Origin: Thermoleophilaceae bacterium | GTDB taxonomy: Bacteria; Actinomycetota; Thermoleophilia; Solirubrobacterales; Thermoleophilaceae | NCBI GenBank assembly: GCA_035273245.1 | Contig: DATEPK010000016.1 | Coordinates: 1-28,848, forward strand | DNA: 28,848 nt | Direction: 5' to 3' | In this document: in pieces, positions 5,747 through 14,905 of the stretch | How positions within the stretch are numbered: the first letter of the stretch is position 1 | Layout: every line of letters starts with the position of its first letter | The notes under the pieces: model-generated | The model's database searches: none | Seen by the model: the letters and a program-made list of their open reading frames with translations, nothing else | Told to the model about the DNA's origin: nothing | Position numbers and translations under genes: made by a program

Positions 5747-8296
5747 GTGGAGAAGCGTGAGGAACAAGGAACGGAGCGAAACTCGGGCCGCCGCTTCGGT
5801 GGCACGTTCGCGGTCTGGGTCCTCAACGCCGCCATCCTGGGCGGTGCTTTTGCGCTTTACGCACTGAACCTGCGCGGGAGCGCCGGGTTGGCGATGCCGC
5901 ACCAGATCCCGTGGTGGGCGCTCGCGCCGGTGTTCGCAGCCACCGAGATCTTCGTGGTGCACGTGCACTTCCGCCGCAGCGCGCACTCGATGTCGCTCGG
6001 CGAAGTGCCGCTCGTCGTGGGGCTGCTGCTGGCGAGCCCGCAGGATCTCGTGATCGCACAGCTCGTGGGCTCGGGCATCGTGCTCGCGCTCAGCCCGGGC
6101 CGGTCGCTCATCCGCCTCGTCTTCAACGTCGCCCAGTACGCGCTCGCCGCGTGCGTTGCCGCATCCATCTTCCACTTCGTCGTGCCCGCGCACGACGGCC
6201 TCGGCCCGGCGGCCTGGGGCGCGGCGTTCACTGCCACCATCGTCAGCAGCGCCGCCGGTGTCCTGCTCATCGGCGCGGCCATCACGCTGTCTGAGGCGCC
6301 GGTTGGCACGCGTCGCCTCCTGCAGATGCTCGGGACCTCGATGCTCGTCACGGTCACCAACACGAGTCTCGGCCTCGCCGGCGGAACCGTGATCTCGGGC
6401 GATCCGCGCGCGGCGTGGCTGCTCGCCATCCCGGCGATCACGCTGTTCGTCTCGTATCGCGCGTACATGTCCGAGCGCCAGAAGCACGAGAGCCTCGAGT
6501 TCCTGTACGGCGCCACGCGCTCGCTCACCCGCGCGCAGGACGTGGGCGGCTCCCTGCAGGATCTGCTCGAGCTCACATTGCAGGCGTTCCGCGGGGAGCT
6601 GGCCGAGGTGATCCTCTTCCCGGGTGAGGACGGCAAGACACCGCTGCGCACCTCGGCCGGTTCCGGCAGCACGGACCTGATGCACCCGGTCGCGCACGAC
6701 GTGGCGGACGGCTTACGCGCGCTTGTGGGTGACGGGCATTCGGCGCTCACGCTGGTGCAGCCGTTCCCGCCGGAGCTCGAGGCCTACCTCGAGGAGCGCG
6801 GCGTGCAGAACGGCATGGTGTCGCCGCTGCGCGGCGAGACGCGCGTCGTGGGCGCGATGCTCGTGGCAAACCGCCTCGGCGTAGCCCGAGGATTCGGACG
6901 CGACGACCTTAAGCTGTTCGAGGCGCTCGCCAATCAGGCGGGCGCTTCGCTCGAGCACGATCGTCTCGAGCAGACGGTGTGGAGGCTGCGCGAGCTTCAG
7001 GAGCAGCTCGAGCACCAGGCGTTCCACGATCCGCTCACCGGGTTGGCAAATCGCGTCGTGTTCGTGGATCGCGTGGCGCATGCGCTCGCGCGCCGCGGCG
7101 GCAGCGTGGCCGTGTTGTTCCTCGACCTCGACGACTTCAAGCTGGTGAACGACCGCTACGGGCACGCCCACGGAGACGAGCTGCTGCGCCAGGTGGCCCG
7201 ACGTGTGCGCGGCTGCCTGCGGCCGGCGGACACCCCGGCGCGCATGGGCGGCGACGAGTTCGCCATTCTGCTCGAGGACGCCGACGGGCCCGTCCTCATG
7301 GACGTGGCCGAGCGAATCGTGGCCGCCTTCTGCGAGCCGTTCACACTCTCCTCGCGAGAGGTGCGGGTGAAGGCGAGTCTCGGCGTGGCGACGAACTCGA
7401 GCGGCAGCGAGACGGCAGAAGACCTACTCCGCAACGCGGACGTGGCGATGTACACGGCGAAGACGAACGGCAAGGACCGCTTCGCGAGCTTCGAGCCGAC
7501 CATGCACGCCGAGATGGTGCTGCGGCACTCGCTCAAGGAGGAGCTCGAGGCGGCGGTGGAGCGCGACGAGTTCGTGGTGGAGTACCAGCCGATCGCACAG
7601 CTCTCAACCGGCGAGACGGTGGCGGTGGAGGCGCTGGTGCGCTGGCAGCACCCGTCGCGCGGCCGCATCGCGCCCGCCGACTTCATCCCGCTCGCGGAGG
7701 ACACCGGCCTGATCGTGCCGATCGGCCGGATCGTTCTCGCCAGGGCGTGCCGCCTCGCGCGCGAGTGGTCGGATGCGCACCCGGACCGCGCCCCGATCGG
7801 GGTTCATGTGAACGCATCGGCCGCCGAGCTGCAGGAGCCGGATCTCGTCGAGCACGTGACCGCCGCGATCGAGTCCGCAGGGATCCATCCCGGGCAGCTC
7901 GTGATCGAGATCACCGAGTCGATCCTCATCTCGGATGCCCCGGTGAGCATCGCGCAGCTCGATGAGCTGCGACGTGCGGGCATTCGTCTCGCGCTCGACG
8001 ACTTCGGCACGGGCTACTCGTCGCTCAGCTACCTGCGCTGGCTGCCGCTCGACATCGTGAAGATGGACAAGTCGTTCGTGAGCTGGGCGGGACACGGCGG
8101 CAAGGGAGCCGCCTTCGCGCGGACGATCGCGGAGCTCGCGCACACGCTCGGTCTCGATGTGGTGGCCGAGGGCATAGAGACCGACGAGCAGCTCGCGGCG
8201 ATGCGGGAGCTCGGGTGCGAGATGGGGCAGGGATACTGGTTTGCGCCGCCCGCAGAGCCGTCGCTTGGGCGCGGCGTGCTTGTGCGTGCGGCGTAG
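5747..8296 (+). CDS. Membrane-bound bifunctional diguanylate cyclase/phosphodiesterase (multi-TM sensor, GAF-like, GGDEF, EAL)
   Basis: About 7-8 hydrophobic segments in the N-terminal ~240 aa; HDPLTGLANR, DLDDFKLVND.YGH, RPAD-x5-GGDEF, VEALVRW, DDFGTGYSSL and VAEGIET motifs. Start moved to GTG 5747 (after AGAAGAG) because the listed 5540 start overlaps the S8 gene. Confidence 0.93.
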   Translation: MEKREEQGTERNSGRRFGGTFAVWVLNAAILGGAFALYALNLRGSAGLAMPHQIPWWALAPVFAATEIFVVHVHFRRSAHSMSLGEVPLVVGLLLASPQDLVIAQLVGSGIVLALSPGRSLIRLVFNVAQYALAACVAASIFHFVVPAHDGLGPAAWGAAFTATIVSSAAGVLLIGAAITLSEAPVGTRRLLQMLGTSMLVTVTNTSLGLAGGTVISGDPRAAWLLAIPAITLFVSYRAYMSERQKHESLEFLYGATRSLTRAQDVGGSLQDLLELTLQAFRGELAEVILFPGEDGKTPLRTSAGSGSTDLMHPVAHDVADGLRALVGDGHSALTLVQPFPPELEAYLEERGVQNGMVSPLRGETRVVGAMLVANRLGVARGFGRDDLKLFEALANQAGASLEHDRLEQTVWRLRELQEQLEHQAFHDPLTGLANRVVFVDRVAHALARRGGSVAVLFLDLDDFKLVNDRYGHAHGDELLRQVARRVRGCLRPADTPARMGGDEFAILLEDADGPVLMDVAERIVAAFCEPFTLSSREVRVKASLGVATNSSGSETAEDLLRNADVAMYTAKTNGKDRFASFEPTMHAEMVLRHSLKEELEAAVERDEFVVEYQPIAQLSTGETVAVEALVRWQHPSRGRIAPADFIPLAEDTGLIVPIGRIVLARACRLAREWSDAHPDRAPIGVHVNASAAELQEPDLVEHVTAAIESAGIHPGQLVIEITESILISDAPVSIAQLDELRRAGIRLALDDFGTGYSSLSYLRWLPLDIVKMDKSFVSWAGHGGKGAAFARTIAELAHTLGLDVVAEGIETDEQLAAMRELGCEMGQGYWFAPPAEPSLGRGVLVRAA

Positions 8297-8334
8297 GACG
8301 TTCCGTACTTCCGCACTGCTAGCGTCAGCTCGCA

Positions 8335-10338
8335 GTGCCCGCCTTCGAGATCAATCCTGCTTATACGGCTGTCGCTGATCAGCCCAAGGCTCGCGATGGG
8401 CTTGCTGAGGGACTGACCGAGGGGGAGCGGTTCCAGACGCTGCTGGGCGTAACCGGCTCGGGCAAGACGGCCACCATGGCCTTCACCATCGAGAAGGTGC
8501 AGCGCCCGGCGCTCGTGATCGCGCACAACAAGACGCTGGCGGCGCAGCTCTGCAACGAGTTCCGCGAGTTCTTTCCGAAGAACTCCGTCGAGTACTTCGT
8601 CTCGTACTACGACTACTACCAGCCCGAGGCGTACGTCCCGCAGCAGGACCTCTACATCGAGAAGGACTCCTCGATCAACGAGGAGATCGACCGGCTGAGG
8701 CACTCGGCCACCGCCGCGCTGTTCGGCCGCCGCGACGTGATCGTGGTGGCCAGCGTTTCCTGCATCTACGGCCTGGGCTCGCCGGAGAAGTACGACGCGC
8801 AGGTGGTGATGCTCAAGAAGGGCGAGATGCAGGACCGCGAGGGGATCCTCCGCAAGCTCGTGGACAACCACTACACGCGCAACGACTCGGCGCTCGGCCG
8901 CGGCAGCTTCCGCGTGCGCGGCGAGACGCTCGAGGTATTCCCCGCCTACGCCGAGACGGCGTACCGCGCCGTGTTCTTCGGCGACGAGATCGAGCAGCTC
9001 CAGCACTTCGACCCGCTCACCGGCGAGGTGATCGCCGACATCGAGCACGTCGGCGTGTGGCCCGCCACCCACTACGCCACCGACCGGCCCACGATCGAGC
9101 GTGCCGTCGGCGAGATCCGCGACGAGCTGGAGGCGCGCTGCAAGGAGCTCGAGGAGCAGGGCAAGCTGCTCGAGTCGCACCGGCTGCGCCAGCGCACGCA
9201 GTTCGACATGGAGATGCTGCGCGAGCTCGGCTTCTGCAACGGGATCGAGAACTACTCGCGCATCCTCGACGGCCGCGCGCCGGGCTCGCGTCCCTACTGC
9301 CTGCTCGACTTCTTCCCGGACGACTTCGTGTGCTTCATCGACGAGTCGCACCAGACGGTGCCGCAGATCGGCGGCATGTACGAGGGCGACCGCTCGCGCA
9401 AGCAGACGCTCGTGGACTACGGCTTCCGGCTGCCCAGCGCGATGGACAACCGGCCGCAGACCTTCGACGAGTTCCTCACGCGCACGCAGCAGATCGTGTT
9501 CGTGTCAGCCACGCCCGGCGACTTCGAGAAGAACCATTCGTCACGGATCGTGGAGCAGATCGTGCGGCCGACCGGTGTGGTGGATCCCGAGGTGGAGGTG
9601 CGCGAGACGCGCAACCAGATCGACGACCTGATGAACGAGATCCGGGTGCGGACCGAGGACGGCGAGCGCACGCTCGTCACCACCCTGACGAAGAAGATGG
9701 CCGAGGACCTCACGGACTACCTGATGGAGTACGGCTTCCGGGTGCGCTACCTGCACTCGGAGATCGACACGCTCGAGCGCATCCAGATCATCCGCGAGCT
9801 GCGCCTCGGCGAGTTCGACGTGCTCGTCGGCGTGAACCTGCTGCGCGAGGGGCTCGACCTGCCCGAGGTCTCCCTTGTGGCGATCATCGACGCGGACAAG
9901 GAGGGCTTCCTCCGCGGCGAGACGTCGCTGATCCAGACGATCGGCCGCGCAGCCCGCAACATCCGCGGCAAGGTGATCATGTACGCGGACAAGGAGTCGC
10001 AGGCGATGCGCAACGCGATTTCGGAGACCGATCGCCGCCGCGCCATCCAGGTCGCCTACAACGAGGAGCACGGCATCACGCCCGAGACGATCGTCAAGGG
10101 CATCTCGGACATCAGCGACTTCCTGGCGATCGAGTCGAAGGTGCCGTCCTCACGCCGCTCGCGCCGCCGCTCCCAGGAGGCGCAGATGTCGGCCGAGGAG
10201 ATCTCGAAGACGATCGTGGAGCTCGAGGAGGAGATGCTCCTCGCCGCGGACGAGCTGCGCTTCGAATACGCCGCCAAGCTGCGCGACGAGATCAAGGAAC
10301 TGCGTAGGGAGCTGGAGCGGGCCGAGGCGGGGGCATAG
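8335..10338 (+). CDS. uvrB: Excinuclease ABC subunit B
   Basis: [44 protein letters not shown] motifs and C-terminal UVR domain. Confidence 0.98.
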   Translation: MPAFEINPAYTAVADQPKARDGLAEGLTEGERFQTLLGVTGSGKTATMAFTIEKVQRPALVIAHNKTLAAQLCNEFREFFPKNSVEYFVSYYDYYQPEAYVPQQDLYIEKDSSINEEIDRLRHSATAALFGRRDVIVVASVSCIYGLGSPEKYDAQVVMLKKGEMQDREGILRKLVDNHYTRNDSALGRGSFRVRGETLEVFPAYAETAYRAVFFGDEIEQLQHFDPLTGEVIADIEHVGVWPATHYATDRPTIERAVGEIRDELEARCKELEEQGKLLESHRLRQRTQFDMEMLRELGFCNGIENYSRILDGRAPGSRPYCLLDFFPDDFVCFIDESHQTVPQIGGMYEGDRSRKQTLVDYGFRLPSAMDNRPQTFDEFLTRTQQIVFVSATPGDFEKNHSSRIVEQIVRPTGVVDPEVEVRETRNQIDDLMNEIRVRTEDGERTLVTTLTKKMAEDLTDYLMEYGFRVRYLHSEIDTLERIQIIRELRLGEFDVLVGVNLLREGLDLPEVSLVAIIDADKEGFLRGETSLIQTIGRAARNIRGKVIMYADKESQAMRNAISETDRRRAIQVAYNEEHGITPETIVKGISDISDFLAIESKVPSSRRSRRRSQEAQMSAEEISKTIVELEEEMLLAADELRFEYAAKLRDEIKELRRELERAEAGA

Positions 10339-10347
10339 CCCCCCGCC
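10326..10347 (+). terminator. Hairpin spanning the uvrB stop codon
   Basis: GGCGGGGG-CATAGC-CCCCCGCC followed by AGTTT. Confidence 0.5.
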
Positions 10348-10417
10348 AGTTTCGAGTATCGAGTATCGAGTTTCGAGCGCTGGGGTCGAAAACTCGAAAC
10401 CTGAAACTCGATACCTG
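10348..10417. repeat. Inverted pair of heptamer tandem arrays
   Basis: AGTTTCG AGTATCG AGTATCG AGTTTCG (10348-10375) facing AAACTCG AAACCTG AAACTCG ATACCTG (10390-10417). Confidence 0.85.
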
Positions 10418-10436
10418 CCCGAGCTAGCATCGGCCT

Positions 10437-12422
10437 ATGGCCGACGCTACTCAACGCAAGCCGCAGGGCCAGCAGGACCACCGCCCGTGGCGCGTCGAGG
10501 GGCACAAGGACCAGCCGCAGCAGCCGCAGCGCGCGATGCCGCCGCCACGCAGCCGCTTCTGGTGGTTCGTCGTCGCGGCGCTGATCCTCAACATCGTCCT
10601 CAGCTTCGCGCTGTCCGGGAAGCCGTCGGTCACGAAGGTCCCGTACACGCTCTTCTACAAGCAGGTCCAGGCCGCCAACGTCTCTGAGATCAGCTCGAAG
10701 GGCCAGGAGATCCAGGGCGACTTCAAGAAGGCCGTGGCCTACCCGCCGGGCAAGGACGCGAAAAAGATCACGCAGTTCCAGACGGTGCGGCCGGACTTCG
10801 GCGACGACGGGCTCACACAGGCTCTGCTCAAGAACAACGTGACGGTGAACGCCCACCCGGTGGAGACCGGCACCCCGCTCTGGCAGACCATCGTCTTCGG
10901 CTTCGGGCCGACGCTCTTATTGGTCGGTCTCTTCATCGCGCTCATGCGGAGGGGCGGCGGCGCGGGCGGGATGCTCGGCTCGTTCGGCCGCACGACGGCC
11001 AAGCGCTATGAGCATTCGGAGAACCGCACGACGTTCAAGGACGTCGCCGGCATCGAGGAGGCCGAGCAGGAGCTGATGGAGGTGGTGGACTTCCTGCGCA
11101 ACCCTCAGCGCTACCTGAAGGTGGGCGGTGCGATCCCGAAGGGCGTGCTGCTCGCGGGCGCGCCGGGCACCGGCAAGACGCTGCTGGCGCGGGCGGTGGC
11201 GGGCGAGGCGGACGTTCCGTTCTTCTCGATATCTGCGTCCGAGTTCATAGAGGCGATCGTGGGTGTCGGCGCGAGCCGCGTGCGCGACCTGTTCCGCGTG
11301 GCCAAGGAGGCGGCGCCGGCAATCATCTTCATCGACGAGCTCGACGCGATCGGCCGCTCCCGTGGCGGCGGTGTGTCCTTCGGCGGCAACGACGAGCGCG
11401 AGCAGACGCTCAACCAGATCCTCACCGAGATGGACGGCTTCACGGGCGCCGAGGGCGTGATCGTGCTCGCGGCTACCAACCGGCCGGAGATCCTCGACCA
11501 GGCGCTGCTCCGCCCCGGCCGCTTCGACAGGCGTGTGTTCGTGAACCCGCCGGACAAGGACGGCCGCAAGCAGATCCTCAGCGTGCACACACGCTCGGTG
11601 CCGCTGGCGGACGACGTCGACCTCGCCCAGGTGGCCGCCAGCACCCCCGGCATGGTCGGCGCGGACCTTCGCAACCTCGTGAACGAGGCCGCCCTCACCG
11701 CCGCCCGGCGCAACCACGAACGCGTGCACTCTGCGGACTTCAGCGACGCCCTCGAGAAGATCGTGCTCGGCACCGAACGCCGCATCACCCTGTCGCCCGA
11801 GGAGCGCGAGCGCACCGCGTACCACGAGTCCGGCCACGCGGTGCTCGGCATGCTCGAGCCCGGGGCGGACCCGGTGCGCAAGGTGTCGATCATCCCGCGC
11901 GGGCAGGCGCTCGGCGTGACCTTCCAGAGCCCGGAGTCCGACCGTTACGGCTACGGGGCGAATTACCTGCGCGGGCGGATCGTGGGCGCGCTGGGCGGCC
12001 GCGCCGCCGAGCAGATCGTGTACGGCGACGTGACCACCGGCGCCGAATCCGACCTCGAGCAGGTCACGGGGATCGCGCGTCAGATGGTCGGCCGCTGGGG
12101 CATGTCCGACGCTGTCGGCCTCGTCTCGGTGCTGCCGCGTCCGGGGAACGAAAGTCCTTTCCCGGCCGCCGATGCCAACGCTCCGGCGGAGTCCACCCGC
12201 GAGCTCGTGGACGCGGAGGTGCGCCGCATCGTGGACGAGTGTTACTCGCAGGCGATCGAGCGCCTGCAGGACAACCGCCACCGGCTCGACTCGCTGGCGC
12301 AGGCGCTGCTCGAGCACGAGACGCTCGACGAAGAGGACGCCTACCGCGCGGCGGGCTTCGACGAGCCTCCGCAGGCGGCCGCGGAACCGCCGGCCACGGT
12401 GTCAGCGCGCGACCTGCAATAG
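10437..12422 (+). CDS. ftsH: ATP-dependent zinc metalloprotease FtsH
   Basis: Two TM helices, GAPGTGKT Walker A, IIFIDELD Walker [11 protein letters not shown] second region of homology and HESGH zinc motif. Confidence 0.97.
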   Translation: MADATQRKPQGQQDHRPWRVEGHKDQPQQPQRAMPPPRSRFWWFVVAALILNIVLSFALSGKPSVTKVPYTLFYKQVQAANVSEISSKGQEIQGDFKKAVAYPPGKDAKKITQFQTVRPDFGDDGLTQALLKNNVTVNAHPVETGTPLWQTIVFGFGPTLLLVGLFIALMRRGGGAGGMLGSFGRTTAKRYEHSENRTTFKDVAGIEEAEQELMEVVDFLRNPQRYLKVGGAIPKGVLLAGAPGTGKTLLARAVAGEADVPFFSISASEFIEAIVGVGASRVRDLFRVAKEAAPAIIFIDELDAIGRSRGGGVSFGGNDEREQTLNQILTEMDGFTGAEGVIVLAATNRPEILDQALLRPGRFDRRVFVNPPDKDGRKQILSVHTRSVPLADDVDLAQVAASTPGMVGADLRNLVNEAALTAARRNHERVHSADFSDALEKIVLGTERRITLSPEERERTAYHESGHAVLGMLEPGADPVRKVSIIPRGQALGVTFQSPESDRYGYGANYLRGRIVGALGGRAAEQIVYGDVTTGAESDLEQVTGIARQMVGRWGMSDAVGLVSVLPRPGNESPFPAADANAPAESTRELVDAEVRRIVDECYSQAIERLQDNRHRLDSLAQALLEHETLDEEDAYRAAGFDEPPQAAAEPPATVSARDLQ

Positions 12423-12546
12423 GTCCAGCACTGTGGAAATTCCGACCGTCAGGTATTAGGGTCCCCGGCCCGGACTCGAAGTGAGAGCAACGGCATGGAC
12501 CGCGGGGCGCACCGCGTGGTGAGATCCGGCACGGACGGAGGCATAT

Positions 12547-13500
12547 ATGGCTGAGAGAGCGAGAACGCGTAAGGCGGACGGCGCCGCCGCGCCGCGCGCC
12601 CGGGCGGCGGCCACGCGCCGCAAGCGGGAGAGCACCGACGGCGCGATTTCGAGCGCGGCGCTGCTGCGCGAGCTGGTTGCCCACCTGAGGCAGAACCGCA
12701 CGCAGCTGCGCGAGGAGTGGGCGCGCCGAATCGGCGAGGCCAAGCTGCTCACGGCGATGAGCCAGGAGGAGATCTTCTCCGAGGCCACCACCGTGTACGA
12801 CAACTACGTCGCGGTGCTCGAGACCGGCTCGGTGGAAGCCCTCCAGGACTACGCCCGCAACCTCTCCGAGCGCATCATTCCGCGAGGCGTCGAGACCAAC
12901 GAGGTCGTCGGCATCGTCCTCCTTCTCCGCGACGTGCTCGCTCGCTCTCTGTTCGAGAAGTACCAATCGGACTTCGACCTGCTCAACCGCGTGCTCGACG
13001 CCTATGAGCCCGCGGCCAACAGGATCGCCAACACGGTGGCTGTGTCGTTCGTGCAGGAGCGCGAGCGCATCATCCGTCAGCAGCAGGAAGCCATCCGGGA
13101 GCTCTCCACTCCGGTGCTCCAGGTGCGCGAACGCCTGTTGATCCTGCCGATCATCGGCGTGATTGACTCGCAGCGCGCCCGACAGGTCACCGAGCAGCTC
13201 CTGCGCGGCATCCGCACCAACCGCGCCAAGGTGGTCGTGATCGACATCACCGGCGTTCCCACGATCGACTCCACGGTGGCGAACCACCTCGTGCAGACGG
13301 TCGAGGCGTCGCGTCTGATGGGCGCGAGCGTGATCATCACCGGCCTCTCGTCGGAGATCGCGCAGACGCTCGTCACGATCGGCGTCGACCTCTCGAAGAT
13401 GAACGCCGTGGGCGACCTCCAGGGCGGCATCGAAGAGGCCGAGCGCCTGCTCGGTTACGAAGTCACGAAGGGCGAGGAAGAGGCGGTAGAGATCCGCTAG
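12547..13500 (+). CDS. rsbR: Stressosome sensor RsbR (helical N-terminal domain plus STAS)
   Basis: QQEAIRELSTPV, LPIIGVIDSQRA, IDITGVPTIDSTVANHL motifs; GGAGG RBS; first gene of the R-S-T-X order. Confidence 0.9.
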   Translation: MAERARTRKADGAAAPRARAAATRRKRESTDGAISSAALLRELVAHLRQNRTQLREEWARRIGEAKLLTAMSQEEIFSEATTVYDNYVAVLETGSVEALQDYARNLSERIIPRGVETNEVVGIVLLLRDVLARSLFEKYQSDFDLLNRVLDAYEPAANRIANTVAVSFVQERERIIRQQQEAIRELSTPVLQVRERLLILPIIGVIDSQRARQVTEQLLRGIRTNRAKVVVIDITGVPTIDSTVANHLVQTVEASRLMGASVIITGLSSEIAQTLVTIGVDLSKMNAVGDLQGGIEEAERLLGYEVTKGEEEAVEIR

Positions 13501-13517
13501 GCAGGCGGGGTACGCGG

Positions 13518-13892
13518 ATGGCAGTTCCAATTCTCAAGCAGGGCCACTACCTGATCGCCTCCATCCAGGCGGCGCTCAGCGACAGCGACGTCCTCCAGTT
13601 GCAGGACGACCTGGTCGAGCAGGTGGGCCGATTCCGTTCGCGCGGAATCATCGTGGACGTCACGGCGCTGGACGTGATGGACTCCTTTGCGTCGCGGTCG
13701 CTGCGTGGCATCGCCCATATGACGAGGCTGCGCGGTGCAGAGACGGTGATTGTGGGCATTCAGCCCGAAGTGGCGTTCGCCATGGTCCAGCTCGGGATGA
13801 GCCTGGAGGACGTGCATACCGCTCTCGACCTCGAGGAGGGGCTGACCTTCCTCGACACGCAGCTGAAGGAGCCCGGCGACGGTGACCGATGA
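13518..13892 (+). CDS. rsbS: Stressosome antagonist RsbS (STAS)
   Basis: VPILK, DVTALDVMDSF (conserved phospho-Ser) and GIQPEVA motifs. Confidence 0.92.
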   Translation: MAVPILKQGHYLIASIQAALSDSDVLQLQDDLVEQVGRFRSRGIIVDVTALDVMDSFASRSLRGIAHMTRLRGAETVIVGIQPEVAFAMVQLGMSLEDVHTALDLEEGLTFLDTQLKEPGDGDR

Positions 13893-14292
13893 GGTCCGCG
13901 TCACAGTCAGCTCGGATGCCGACGTCGTAGCCGCGCGCGAGAAGGGCCGCGAGCTGTCGGCCCAGCTCGGCTTCTCGAGCATCGACCTGACACTGATAGT
14001 CACCGCGATCTCCGAGGTGGCGCGGAACATCCTGCTGTACGCGAGGGAGGGCGAGATCGTGCTCCGGCTCGACAACAGCGATGGGCAGCACGGGATCGTC
14101 GTGGTGGCACGCGATGACGGGCCCGGCATTCCGGACCTCGATCTCGCCATGCGCGACTCCTACTCCACCGGCAACGGGCTCGGGCTCGGGCTTCCTGGCG
14201 CGCGCAGGCTGATGGACGAATTCGAGATCAAATCGGAAATCTCGAAGGGGACGACGATCATCATGAAGAAATGGGCACCGGAACGTGTCTGA
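13882..14292 (+). CDS. rsbT: Serine/threonine kinase RsbT
   Basis: TAISEVARNI..YA, DDGPGI and GLGLGLPGARRLMDEF motifs. Confidence 0.93.
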   Translation: MTDEVRVTVSSDADVVAAREKGRELSAQLGFSSIDLTLIVTAISEVARNILLYAREGEIVLRLDNSDGQHGIVVVARDDGPGIPDLDLAMRDSYSTGNGLGLGLPGARRLMDEFEIKSEISKGTTIIMKKWAPERV

Positions 14293-14905
14293 GCAGGTGC
14301 ACACTCCGTTGATCGACTGGGCGGTGGCCACGCTTGCGCTCGCGGGCGAGGAGGAGTCCGGCGACCTGCACGTGGTCGCGCCCTTTGATGGCGGCGTGTT
14401 GGTGGGCGCCATCGACGGGCTCGGGCACGGACCGGAGGCGGCCGTGGCGGCCCGCAGCGCGGGCGAGACGCTGATGCGTCATCCGCAGGAGCCGGTCGAG
14501 GCTCTGCTCGAGCGCTGTCACGAGAGCTTGCGGGGCACTCGCGGGGCGGTGATCACGCTTGCCTCGTTCAACGAGCGCGCCGGCACGATGTCCTGGATCG
14601 GCGTGGGCAACATCGAGGGAACTCTGCTCAGGGCGGACCCCGGCGAGGCTCGCCCGCGCGAGAGCGTGATGCTCGTGGGCGGCGTGCCGGGGCATCAGCT
14701 CCCGGCGCTGCGCACGAACGAGCTCGAGCTGTCAGCGGGCGACACGCTGATCCTTGCGACCGACGGCGTCCGCGGCGGATACCTTGACCTGGTGACGATC
14801 AGCGATCCTCCGCAGCAGCTCGCGGACCATTTGCTCGAGGACTACGGGAAGCGCACAGACGACGCTCTCGTCCTCGTGGCGCGTTACACGGGTGCCAGCG
14901 CATGA
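14285..14905 (+). CDS. rsbX: PP2C phosphatase RsbX-like
   Basis: ESGD, DGLGHG, GVGNI, LATDG and DDALVL motifs; stand-alone phosphatase directly after rsbT. Confidence 0.85.
   Translation: MSEQVHTPLIDWAVATLALAGEEESGDLHVVAPFDGGVLVGAIDGLGHGPEAAVAARSAGETLMRHPQEPVEALLERCHESLRGTRGAVITLASFNERAGTMSWIGVGNIEGTLLRADPGEARPRESVMLVGGVPGHQLPALRTNELELSAGDTLILATDGVRGGYLDLVTISDPPQQLADHLLEDYGKRTDDALVLVARYTGASA

Noticed and set aside
3975..8334. S8/GGDEF module as a mobile element
   Set aside because: No transposase, integrase, terminal inverted repeats or target-site duplication visible.
12430..12465. SigB-type promoter before rsbR
   Set aside because: AGGTAT is only a partial -10 match and no GTTT -35 is present at the right spacing.
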